From Malacoraja senta (lineage: Eukaryota): a DNA stretch of 64,000 nt. Of the stretch, positions 25,506 through 37,012 are shown one piece after another (the first letter of the stretch is position 1; each line of letters starts with the position of its first letter). The notes beneath the pieces were generated by a model. That model saw nothing but the letters and a program-made list of their open reading frames with translations, did not search any database and had not been told where the DNA came from. The DNA is taken from the NCBI GenBank assembly GCA_038087875.1, contig CM075997.1:6264001-6328000 (forward strand). Direction: 5' to 3'. Both the position numbers and the translations under genes were made by a program.

Positions 25506-26078
25506 TTAGCTACATTAATATCCAGTCCAGGTAACATCTTCTTTGCTCCCTTTCCAATAAGCGAGTTCGGTATTCTGAAAAACGCAAGGAATCAGGGGAT
25601 TTTTCAAAGGTCAAACGCTATAAATAAAAATCGACGAAGCGCTGTAGATTCAGTGAGTATAGTTGGGTTCGATTGAAGACCCTGCCACGAAGCCCCACTT
25701 TCAACTCCAGTAATTTGCCTGGAACCATTTCCCCAATGATTGGAATTTTCGTAAGTTCTTCCCATCCAATTCCAATTGAAAGTTATTAAATTAAATGTTA
25801 TTTTTATCCTCCATAGTGAACGATAATGCAAACATTTAAGATGAATTATTTGCAATTGTCTTCACTATAGAGAATGCAAGTGTTTTCCATTATGAACTCC
25901 CCAGGCACATTTCTATAGGACCAAATCTAACTCTTTTTCATTTTTTAAATGTACAGCAAAGTTCACCATTTCTGTTCATGTTTCATGCAAGCTTTATGAT
26001 ATCCTTTATGATACACCAAGAAACTATCCCAAAACATTTAATGAACTTGTCATCTTAAGTTTTTAAGTCTATTATTTT

Positions 26079-27045
26079 CCGGAAGTGGCGGGGCTGTTGA
26101 ACAGCTGCGGCTCGCCTGCAGTCCGTCTGTTTTTACTTTTTATTGTTGTTTTCTTTTGTCCTGTTTTAGTTAAATTTTAGTTTATTGGGTTGTGTATGTT
26201 GGGGGGGGGGTGAAACATGACTTTTGTCTCTTCCTTCGGGGGAATGCGACTTTTTCTTGTCGTATCCCCCTTCTCTGCCTCCGTCTGCGCTGAGGCCTAA
26301 TGGCGGAGCTGGCGGCCTCCAACTGCACCGACCTCGAGGCTCCGGAGGCAGAGCCAGGACTTACCAACGCGAGGCTGGCCGACTTCGGGGCTGCGGTGGT
26401 GTTCCGGCGTTCCAGCGGCGGCCCGACTCGGGGCTGCGGTGGCGTTCCGGCGGCGGCCCGACTCGGGGCTGCGGTGGCGTTCCGGCGTTCCGGCGGCGGC
26501 CCGACTCGGGGCTGCGGTGGCGTTCCGGTGTTCCGGCGGTAGCGACCAAAGACACTGGTGGCGACTTGTATCCGGGGCTCGGCCGCGGCTGGCCCAGTGG
26601 ACGACATCGTCGGGAGCTCGCAGGTCACAGGTGGGTGACCTGTTTTTCTGGAGCTCCCGCAACTACAGCTGCGTCCGCTGGACTGGAGGGCGGCAGCTTC
26701 GGCAGCTTCGACCACCCCGGGCCGCGGAGTTTGAACCGGCCCGTCGTGGAGCACGGATTCAGCCGCGGGACTGACTTACCATTACCCGGCGGGGTCACAA
26801 CATCAGAAGCCTGGATCGCCTCAGCGCAGAGGGAGAACAAAGAGGGAGGAGACAGAGACTTTAAGACTTTTGCCTCCATCACAGTGAGGAGATGCCTGGT
26901 GAACTCACTGTGGTGGATGTTAATTTGTGTTTATTGTGTGTTTTGTTATTTATTATTATAGGTATGACTGCAGGCAACGAAATTTCGTTCAGACCGAAAG
27001 GTCTGAATGACAAATAAAGGAATCTAATCTAATCTAATCTAATCT
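26079..27045 (+). mobile_element. GC-rich non-autonomous retroposon with LINE-like 3' stem-loop and (AATCT)n tail
   Basis: CpG-rich body with internal tandem repeats (26380-26540), core TTGCCTCCATCACAGTGAGGA, and a GACAAATAAA plus microsatellite tail. Confidence 0.7.
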
Positions 27046-27733
27046 TAATATCCTCTACCTGATAAATTCCAGTTATTTCCTCCTGACGTACCATTGGGAG
27101 CCTGCACACCCCACCAACCAATGACATCTTGTCTTCATAATTTCCTCTGTCCACCCAACCCACGTTGCGCATGGTAGTTTCCTGAACTCAGACCATCATT
27201 GCATAAGACTATCACTAATTAGCAGAACCACTCCTGATGATCCTAAACTGCTGCCTCGCAGCTCAAACAACCGGGTATATCTGAACCTATGTGAAGTTCG
27301 CTCATTTTCGCTATGCCCACTTGGATTTTCTCAAGTGCTCTGCTTTCCTTTTACATTCCAAAGACGATGTGGGCTGGTAGGTTAAATTAGCCATTGAGAA
27401 TATGATTAGTGGAATCTGAGTGGAATTGATGGGATTGTGGAGAGAATAGGTTGCAGGAAAAATAAATAGTGGGGAAAGTATATATGTGAGCTACAGTATG
27501 TATTCAGTGCGCTGAAATGGCCGCATTCCTATGTTGTAAGGAAATGAGGCGATCCACATTTTCCCAGCTTCTTGTCCTTCCTAGTTATTAATGAATATGA
27601 ATAGTATTAATATGAGGGTTGAATGAGAGATATAAACTATGACTTTTGACAGGTTTATATTGAATGTGATTTATGTGAACTGCCACTAGAATAGGTGACG
27701 ACAATGATATCTTTCCTTGTTTGTTATTTTCAG

Positions 27734-29028
27734 GAAATGTTGTGAATGGAACGATTGCGAAGCAAATGGTGGATATGTTGGTCGAGTCTTCAAGCAATGT
27801 TGAAATGATCCTAAAGTTCTTTGATATGTTCTTGAAACTAAAGGACATTGTGGCTTCTGATGCATTTAAAGATTATGTAACTGACCCCAGAGGAATTATC
27901 TCGAAGAAGGATTTTCAGAAAGCAATGGACAGTCAGAAGCAATACACATCTTCTGAGATCCAGTTCCTACTTTCATGCTCAGAAGCGGATGAGAATGAAA
28001 TGATAAACTATGAGGAATTTGCTGACCGGTTCCAGGAGCCAGCCAAGGACATAGGTTTTAATGTAGCTGTGCTACTCACTAATCTGTCTGAACATGTCCC
28101 TCATGATACAAGACTTCAAAACTTCTTGGCATTAGCAGAAAGCATTCTCAATTATTTCCAGCCTTTCCTGGGCCGCATCGAGATCATGGGTGCCAGTAAG
28201 AGGATAGAGCGCATTTACTTTGAGATTAGTGAGGCCAATAAAACACAGTGGGAGATGCCTCAGGTGAAAGAGTCGAAGCGCCAGTTTATCTTTGATGTGG
28301 TGAATGAAGGTGGAGAATCTGAGAAGATGGAACTTTTTGTCAACTTCTGTGAAGACACCATTTTTGAGATGCAAATCGCTTCAAAGATCTCGGAAGCAGA
28401 TGAGGGAGAAAAGTCAGAAGAAGAAGATGAGGAAGAAGAAAATGCTGAAGGAACAGAGGCTGAGAAAATATCTTCTCCAGCTGAAGCACCATCCGCTTTT
28501 TCGGGATTCTTTACCTCCATTGTCGACTTTTTTAAAATATTCACATTTAAGAATGTAAGGAAAAGGTATAGGAAACTAAAGAAGATGACAATTAAAGAGA
28601 TTGTGATGGCTCTGGTGTCCTTCTTTTGGACTTTGTTTATAGGCATTTTGCAGTTTATCTACAGTATCTGTAGTGGTTTCTTCATGATAGTATGGAATAC
28701 CTTATTTGGGGGTGGCTTAGTTGAAGGAGCTAAACATTTGACAGTCACAGAACTCCTGGCTAGTATGCCTGATCCTACTCAGGATGAGGTTCACGCTGAT
28801 CTTCCTGACATTAGCAAGACAGAGGTTGAAGACACTGCAGTCCAGTCTGAGTTTGAAGATCAAGCCAAAGAAGAAGAAACAACCGAGAAGACTGATGTAA
28901 AGAGGGAAAGTGGCCAGTTAAGGATGGGTTCACCTGAATCCAACCTAGGACTTGGTGACATTGTGGAATCTACGGCAGTTGAGCCTCCAACCCCAGAGGG
29001 AACACCACCTAGTTTTAGGAAGGTCAGG
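27734..29028 (+). CDS. RYR1: RYR1 large exon: EF-hand region, central domain and start of divergent region 1 ([13 protein letters not shown]...PPSFRKVR)
   Basis: 1295 bp open frame within ORF 27721..29097, ttttcag| to |gtaagt. Confidence 0.96.
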
Positions 29029-29213
29029 GTAAGTACCGTGTGCTGTATTCCAGATAAAAACGATCAAAATCCAATCTCAGATTTAGTTTCAAAATAAGGA
29101 TATCAGATTACTGTTAGCAATGATGTATCTTTTATTCTTGAATTGATAGTTCAACCTATTGTGCAGTAAACAGAAATCACCTCATCCTGAAAATGAATAT
29201 ATAAATAATAAGA

Positions 29214-29429
29214 AAAGGCACAAAGGGCTGGAGTAGCTTGCAGTTCAGACAGCATCTCTGGAGAATATTGATAGGTGATGTTTTGGGTCAGGACCCTTCC
29301 TGTCTGAAGATGTGTCCTGACCCGAAATGTCACCTATCCGTTCTCTAGAGATGTTGCCTGACCCATTGAGTTACTCCAGCACTTTGTGTCTTTTTACGTA
29401 AATCAGCATCTGCAGTTCCTTGTTTGTAC
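29214..29429. mobile_element. Palindromic Penelope-derived element
   Basis: Inverted arms; 15-bp TSD ATATAAATAATAAGA at 29199-29213 and 29430-29444. Confidence 0.8.
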
Positions 29430-29693
29430 ATATAAATAATAAGATTGTACATTTTTCTTTCTCAACTTCTTCACAGACTGAGCAAAGTGAAATTTAAATG
29501 TCAGAAATTCCTTTTCAAAATTATCCCACTGCTCAGGCTGGATTAGTGACACTCAACATTATCTTGACATTACTGTTGATAAGATAATCTTCAAACCATT
29601 GTTATTACTTGGACCTAGTAGTAAGGTCATTGAGAAATATTATTTTCCCCAGTTTTCATAGCAGTCATAAAATGACACTTTTACCTTCAACAG

Positions 29694-29752
29694 CAACTTC
29701 AGCTGGATATCAAGTCTGAAGAGCAACTCAAGACTGAAGCAGAGAAAGCAGA
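29694..29752 (+). CDS. RYR1: RYR1 short exon (QLQLDIKSEEQLKTEAEKA/D)
   Basis: caacag| to |gtaagt. Ends in the conserved EKAD, with phase 2 matching the next exon. An alternative in-frame start at 29703 is possible. Confidence 0.85.
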
Positions 29753-30203
29753 GTAAGTCTTTTTATCTTTTAATACATTCCTCAGAATGCAGCAGATAAG
29801 AAAAATCTCTGCTTTTTTAAAATATTGTCCTGTTGTACACTGTTTATTAATGCTCAAATTGTATTTCATTCGGTTAGTGCCTTTCAGGTGTAAAACCATA
29901 TCGAGCACTTTATTATACAGAAACTTGGCAGCCGTCAACTTCGCTGTTCATGAGTTCATTGTATCATCAACATAGCCGAGAGTTTGGTTGTTGGGCAATA
30001 CTCAGTGGGCAATCGTAGCATGGAGGAGTTGTACTCTGCTCTGAAAGTCATGTTCCGTTGAGTTGCATGCTATGCAGTAAATATCAGTAGTTAAAAGCAT
30101 CTGCTATTTTGTCCTGCCGCAGTCTGCAATTGTCATCTTAATCATTGTTTGGCACCTTAAGAGTTGCAACATTGAATGATATTGCTGATTCTGCATTCTA
30201 AAG

Positions 30204-30519
30204 CATCGAGAACGGTGAGAAGGCAGAGATGGATATGAAAGAAAAAGAGGTGGTAGAACTCCCGGTAGAACAGGAAGAAAAGCCAGGAAAAAAAGAAGAG
30301 CCAGAACAAAAAGCAGAAACGGAAGAGAAAGGAAAAGCGGAAGAGAAAGGAAAGCCAGAAGAAATAGAAAAGGCCGATGGAGAAAAAGAAGAAAAAGAAG
30401 AAGTTTCTACACTAGCAAAAAAGGCAAGAAAAAAAGCCAAGATGGAGAGGAAAAAGGTGGAACCAGAAGCAGTGATGGAGTTCTGGAACGAGTTTGAAAA
30501 TTATAAGACAAAGCTCTTG
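30204..30519 (+). CDS. RYR1: RYR1 exon, Glu/Lys-rich (IENGEKAEMDMKEKE...EFWNEFENYKTKLL)
   Basis: ctaaag| to |gtaagt. Conserved ENGEK start and FW...KLL end; 316 bp. Confidence 0.92.
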
Positions 30520-30795
30520 GTAAGTAAAAGAGCTCTTCAAAATGTGGTCAGTCCTAGCAGTTCCTAATGTGGAAAGAAAAATTGAGTTTTTGGTCAAGGA
30601 CCCTTGAACAGACTTTCACAGGGGAAATAAAATTGTGTTCGGTTATTCTTATTGATTATAATTAGATATAAGTGAAGAATTTAGAAGTTGGTAGATGTTA
30701 GAATTTAGATGTTGATGAATTTAGATGTTGGGCGCAGTTACTAATATAACTGTGTAGCATGGAATAAATAATATTTCTTTGCATCTTTTAACTAG

Positions 30796-30888
<93 letters not shown>

Positions 30889-31009
30889 TGAGCATCAAAA
30901 GGATGAAATCACACGTGGAACAGTTTGGCTGATAACTAAGAATTCTCCCAATTTCACTGTTAGTATCAAATATTAAAGTAAACCATTTGCAATCTCAGAG
31001 TCTGCTTTA

Positions 31010-31340
31010 AGGGCCTGTCCCACTTACGCGACTTTTTCGGCGACTGCCGGCACCCGTCATAGGTCGCCGAAAAATTTCAACATGTTGAAAATTCAGCGGC
31101 GATCAGAAAGACGCTACGGCTTTTTTGGTGACTAGGAGACTACTCACGACCATACAGGCGACACCCTGGCGACATGTCACGGGGTGAAGTCTGTATGGTT
31201 GTGAGTAGTCGCCGCTGATCTGGTTACCTTGTTCTGGGTGCCACTGGATTTTCAACATGTTGAAAATTTTCGGCGACCTGTAACGACCTATGACGGGTGC
31301 CGGCAGTTGCCGAAAAAGTTGCGCAAGTGGGACAGGCCCT
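31010..31340. mobile_element. PIF/Harbinger-like MITE
   Basis: Long TIRs AGGGCCTGTCCCACTT / AAGTGGGACAGGCCCT; flanks TTA / TCA. Confidence 0.8.
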
Positions 31341-32152
31341 TCAAGATTTTTCTTAAGGTAACAGACAACAGATAACACTTGTAACCAGATATTTATAGCC
31401 CGATCCTAATTGGACCAGAGAATGTGGTGGTGAACTACCTTCTTGAACTGCTGCAGTCCTTCTGGGGAAGGTGTTCTCCCACTGCTATTGGATAGGGAGT
31501 TCCAGGATTAAATCTATTCTTTCCTTCATATCACATATTATATCCTTTACAACAATATGCCTCTATCACTACCTCAACACAAAGGCTTCAGTCACATTTT
31601 GGTCAATAATGTTCCAATGAAGTGGCTTGGGATCTTAAACTATATTATGTGTTGCTGAAGTACAAAACCCTGAACCGTCCTTTAAGGCTACGGCAAAAAA
31701 AAAATGTTATCCACTTGGATATAGGCATAACCCAGAATGGAATGATATTCCATGTATTTGTTTGGTATCTTAGGATAGGAAAATCTGATATATTAGTGGG
31801 ATTTTTGTTTATACGGGCAAACTTCTTTCTTTTAATCTCCCCCAAATCATATGAACATTAATAATGTCCAAAACGTATTCTGGTATGATTCCTCACCTCA
31901 CTGGCAATGGTTCGCACTTGCCATAGAACCACTGGATTTCAACCTTATTTCCTCTGAAGCTGCTATTCAAAGCCTTGCAGCACTCATGCTATATTTCTTT
32001 CTGAACTCTGTCACCCACTATGATCTCGAGCACGGAATCTCACATTTACCCTGAATGCTTTACCCATGGACGTTAAAGTCAAGGTCACTCTCCACTTCCT
32101 AGCTTTGGGTTCATTCCTGGATCCTCCTGCCACACCTCAACATTTTCTTAAA

Positions 32153-32830
32153 GAAAGAACTGCAGATGCTGGAAAAATCGAAGGTGGACAAAAATGCTGG
32201 AGAAACTCAGCGGGTGAGGCAGCATCTATGGAGCAAAGGAATAGGTGCTTGTCGCTTTACCTCCCCCCTCGACTCCATCCAAGGACCCAAACAGTCTTTC
32301 CATGTGAGGCGGAGGTTCACCTGCACCCCCTCCAACCTCATCTATTGCATCCGCTATTCTAGGTGTCAACTGCTCTTCATCGATGAGACCAAGCACAGGC
32401 TTGGCGATCGCTTCATCCAACACCTCTGCTCAGTTCGCATTAACCAACCTGATCTCCCGGTGGCTCAGCACTTCAACTCCCCCTCCTATTCCCAATCCGA
32501 CCTTTCTGTCCTGGGCCTCCTCCATGGCCAGAGTGAGTCCCACCACAAATTGGAGGAGCAGCACCTCATATTTCGCTTGGGTTGTTTACACCCCAGCGGT
32601 ATGAACATTGACTTCTCCAATTTCAGGTAGTCCTTGCTTTCTCCTTCCTTCCTGTCCCCTTCCCAGCTCTCCCACAGCCTACTGTCTCCGCCTCTTCCTA
32701 TCTTCTTCCCGCCCCCCCCTCCCCCCACCCCCACATCAGTCTGAAGAAGGGTCTCGACCCGAAACGTCACCTATTCCTTTGCTCCATTGATGCTGCCTCA
32801 CCTGCCGAGTTTCCTCAACATTTTCTGTTC
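32153..32830 (+). mobile_element. 5'-truncated Penelope-like element: GIY-YIG endonuclease end, pLTR with hammerhead core, inverted pLTR fragment at the 5' end
   Basis: FTCTPSNLIYCIRYSRCQLLFIDETKHRLGDRFIQH...PVAQHFNS...EEQHLIFRLGCLHPSGMN. About 32180-32247 is the reverse complement of about 32768-32830. Intact core at 32741-32768. Confidence 0.9.
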
Positions 32831-32839
32831 ACTGCTGGA

Positions 32840-33470
32840 TTAGGGCTGTCACCCAAGCTCCCTATTGAAGAAGCAGATACTAGCAGGGCTGACAGAGCTT
32901 TGCCATTGTTTTACGGATGGTGGAAGGGGATGGAGTTGAGCTTGTGGGGCAAAGGTTGGCACACGATAGGTAGATCCAGATGAAGAGGGGTACACCGGGG
33001 TCAGCTGGGGGAAAGTGGGGTGGAGATGCCAACAGAGGCTGTGACATGATTGGAGGTAACCAGGAACTGAATGATGGAATCTGAATGGAGGTGGCGTGTG
33101 GGACCAAATAAAGGAGGTGGGATGGGCAGGTGGGAAGAATAAGTGGGGGGGATCCAATGGGATCAGTGTTTGGCTCAAAGGAGGATTTAATGGGTGGGGA
33201 TAAAGCTGGGCGAGAGGGGGCAGGTTGGAATGAAGGATGTGAGTGGGAGGGTCTGTGTGGATAGAGGGACCAAGGCAGAGCAGGTTATCTGAAAGAGTAT
33301 TCAGGTTCATGCCTTTGAGTTGTAGACCACCCAGGCAGAATGTGAGGTTCTGTTCAGCTTCACCCTGGCAGTGGAAGAGGCCAAGGACAGTTGGCGTGGG
33401 AATGGAGAGGGGAATAGAAATGCTAGAAACTGGGAGCTCCAGGTGGCCATGGGTAGACAGAGCGCAGTTA
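32840..33470 (-). mobile_element. Older degenerate Penelope-like fragment, opposite orientation
   Basis: 33290-33470 resembles the reverse complement of the GIY-YIG 3' end at 32430-32630. Confidence 0.55.
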
Positions 33471-33832
33471 CTCTAGTCACTTAGCATTCCTATTGGGGTA
33501 CAACGTAATCAATGCTGCAAGAGTGTGATGATACTCAGTTTGCAATATCATTGTTTTAGGGATAGCGTCCTCACAGGTGACAGAGTCATCTTTAGGACAC
33601 TACAAGAAATGATGGTGTTCTATTAATGCAAATCTTTATTTCGGAAGTGCGCCTCAAGGATCCATTACACTTCCCTCTTCCAACCTTCTTCCTAAATTAA
33701 ACACAGTCCATTACATCACCATTGATGGATGAAAAATGATCAGAGAAAAACATGACCAGTTGTTTAACATAACCTGATTAGGTAATTCTTAAAACATTGA
33801 CAAGTGATTGATATTTATTTTGTGCATGGAAG

Positions 33833-34069
33833 GTGTCAGTGCTTGAAGATGAGGAAGACTTTGAAGGATCAGGCTTTAAGGATGAATTAATGGGCAATGG
33901 CTTTGGAAATGGAAATGGTGATGAAGAAGAGGAGGAGGAAGATGACGATTCATTGGTATATTTTGTCATTGAAGAGAGTACAGGTTATATGGCACCAACT
34001 TTGAAAATCCTCTCAATTCTTCACACACTGCTCTCTTTCCTCTGCATTATTGGATACAACTGCTTAAAG
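33833..34069 (+). CDS. RYR1: RYR1 exon, S1-S2 loop and S2 ([14 protein letters not shown]...CIIGYNCLK)
   Basis: 237 bp, ggaag| to |gtaagg. The GYNCLK end is RYR1-type. Confidence 0.93.
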
Positions 34070-34569
34070 GTAAGGACAAACATTTCAATCTGAATCTAGT
34101 CTTCTAACAATAATATCTTCCAGCATTAAGATCCACAGTTTTTTTCCTAGGTTGGACAGTTTTTAACTGCTTTGTGATGTTTGTGTTGATGAGAAAGTTT
34201 GTCATTGCATATTCTTCCCTGTGACAGTGATAGTTTGTGGCTGCTTATACATTTATAGCACATTTACTATTGTAATAGTTTCTATTATTTCATATTTTAG
34301 TCCTTTCTGACCTGTTAGATTTAAAAAAATGCTAACTGGGTAGGCAGTTATGAATTGGGCTGAAGGACGTGTTTCTGTGCTCTATGTCTCTGGCTCCAGT
34401 AAACATTTGTACTTTGACAGAGAGTGAGTAAACAAAAAAATATCAGTTGTCCTTTACACAGTATATTTGACGATTACCACCTTGAGTAAACTGCGGCGAC
34501 CTCTACACACAACACACTTACTTTGGAGCAGCTCCACTGTGCAAGTCTAAACATTGGCTGATTTTTTGG

Positions 34570-35096
34570 ACACAAAGCTGGAGTAACTCAGCGGGACCGG
34601 CAGCAACTTTGGAGAGAAGGAATGGATGATGTCTGAAAAGAAGGTCTTGACCCGAAACGTTACCCATTGCTTCTCTCCAGAGATGCTGCCGGTCCTGCTG
34701 AGTTACTCCTGCATTTTGTGTCTATCTTCAATTTTCTTGGCCCCGTTCTGGGAGTAGAAGTGGGGGCGGATCTGGACCGCAACGACCGTGAGCCCCAGGC
34801 CGAGCTCGGCGATCGTTTGCCTGCTTCTGCTGCTGTTGTAGGTGAGACGTTGCGTCGCGCCAGGGTCTTGGGCCTGTCCCACTTTGGCCGTCAGTTCCGC
34901 GACAGGCCGTTGGCGTGCGAAGATTTCATTCACTACAAACATTTCGGAGCCCCACGCGATATCGCACACAACTACATACCCCTCCGCGCTTCTCAGTGGG
35001 ACCGGCCCTGCGCGGCCATACGATGCCCGTACGCCTCAACACGACCACGAGGTCACGTAATTTGCATGTCAAGGACACGTAAGTGGGACAGGCCCT
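34570..35096. mobile_element. Second copy of the Harbinger-like MITE with Penelope-hairpin cargo
   Basis: 34660-34915 is co-linear with 14100-14345. Right TIR AAGTGGGACAGGCCCT at 35081-35096. Confidence 0.65.
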
Positions 35097-35214
35097 TCAT
35101 GCATGTAACAGAGTCTTAATCAGAATGGAGTGCAGTGGGTAGCGATAGGTATCAATCTGGTACATCTGATGAAGTTCACTCAACCCGCAATGAGAAATCC
35201 ATTGTAGAGGGCCG

Positions 35215-35917
35215 TGATATTCTTTTTAATCTCTTCCCTGTACGGGGACCCGACTTTTTCGTTGTCGAGTCTCCGTTGTCGTTGGGCCTAACATCGTGGA
35301 ACTGGAGGCCTCCAACCGGAATCGACCTGGGGCTCCAGTCGCGGAGCCTGCGGACTCACCATCGCGGAGCTGGCCGACTTTGGAGTGCGGAGCACTGTGG
35401 TGGCGCGTGGCTGCTACCCAACTTCGGAGCTCGGAGGCTTCGACTGCAGGCCCTGTGGACGGTAACATCGGGAGCTCGCGGATCCCTAGTGGGAGACCGC
35501 TTTTCGGAACTCCCGCAACGGAAAGCTATGCCTGCCCGAATCGAGGGATTTAAATCGACCAGGAGCGGGGCCTTACATCGCCCGGCGCGGCTTAAACTGC
35601 CGCGGGACTTACCATCACCCGCCGGGGGGGGGGGGGGGACTCCAACATCTAACATCAGGAGCCTCGATCGGCTCGATGCAGCAGTTTGGCTGCTTGACTG
35701 CGGGAGAGGAATGGGCACAGAGAACAGGGAAGAGATAAGACTTTTGCCTTCCATCACAGTGAGGAGGTGTTTGGGGATTCACTGTGATGGATGTTTGTGT
35801 GATATTGTGTAAATTGTGTGTTTTGTTTTTTTTGTTTGATGATGACTGCAGAAACGCAATTTTGTTTGAACTTAAATGTCCAAATGACAATAAACGATTC
35901 TGATTCTGATTCTGATT
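35215..35917 (+). mobile_element. GC-rich retroposon, same broad family, (GATTCT)n tail
   Basis: Core TTGCCTTCCATCACAGTGAGGA near 35744; GACAATAAAC plus tail. Confidence 0.7.
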
Positions 35918-36219
35918 TATTTGATAAACATTGTGTTAGTAACTTTTCAAAGTGAGGCATTGCAGGTAGGTAGAACTGTCGGCAGCTCCACATCAGTCTG
36001 AATTCTTTAGGCTTTAGATATACAACATGGAAACAGGTCCTTTGGCCCACCGAGTGCACCAATTAATGATCACCCTGCACCACTGTGCCACCCTCTCTTC
36101 TTATTTGCCCTAAATGAGATGGCATGTGAATGTTGATAGTACCATGAGAATGATTTATCACAAAATAAGACAAAATACTAAATTTACTGAAGATTATGTC
36201 ATTTGCCTGGAAAGTTGTG

Positions 36220-36374
36220 GTCGAGACCCTTCTTCAGTCTGAAGTCTGAAGAAGGGTCTCAACCAGAAACGTCACCCATTCCTTCTCTCCAGAGATGCTG
36301 CCCATCCCGCTGAGTTACTCCAGCATTTTGTGTGTATCTTCGGTTTAAACCAGCATCTGCAGTTCCTTCCTATA
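36220..36374 (+). mobile_element. Penelope-derived short element with partial palindrome
   Basis: TCGAGACCCTTCTTCAG followed by a core at 36246-36273 and the family tail CAGCATCTGCAGTTCC. Confidence 0.75.
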
Positions 36375-37012
36375 CTGTATGTCCTTGATGGCATAGATGT
36401 GCTAGCTTCAGAACACTGCCCTGGGCAAGTGGCTGGCTGTGAAACCTCCTGAGAAGCTGTAGTGGAAGGTGAATGATGAGTTCCTGATACCTAATAAACT
36501 CCTGGAGGAGAGTGAATGGTGCCAGAGTCTACTGGTACTCCTGTTTTAGCCTTCGAACCTCAAATTGCTGGTATCTGTCACTGATGTCCTCAACAGTTCT
36601 TGGTACATTCTGCTCATGGTTGGAGTGTATGGATTCAGTGGAAGTGGTCAGCTGGGCATCTCTACTCCTAAAGGAGGGAAGAGTTTGTGCCTGCCATCAA
36701 TATGCTCCTGAGGGAGAATTAGCTATTTGTGTATTTCATCTCTCTACTCTTTGACTCCGCAGATGCTACTTGACCTGCTAAGTTCTTCCAGCAGTTAATT
36801 TTTGGCGCCAGGTTCTGAAGTCTCTTGATTCAACATTTGTCTAGAAATGCCTTACAATGTACTGTATAGGATCTCATGACAGGTGTAGCATGAAAGCATT
36901 CAATTCTGGTCTTTAGCTGCCCTTTGAGGCAGTACAGATCCATGAAGCCGCAATCCAGTCAGCAGTAATGCCAGAATCATGCTGGAATAGCACATAAAGA
37001 AAACCATTGAAC

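Noticed and set aside
26182..26961. 190-245 aa overlapping ORFs on both strands
   Set aside because: GC-rich tandem repeat inside a retroposon; several frames are open and no domain is recognisable.
35135..35812. 225 aa ORF
   Set aside because: Same GC-rich repeat family; no recognisable protein.
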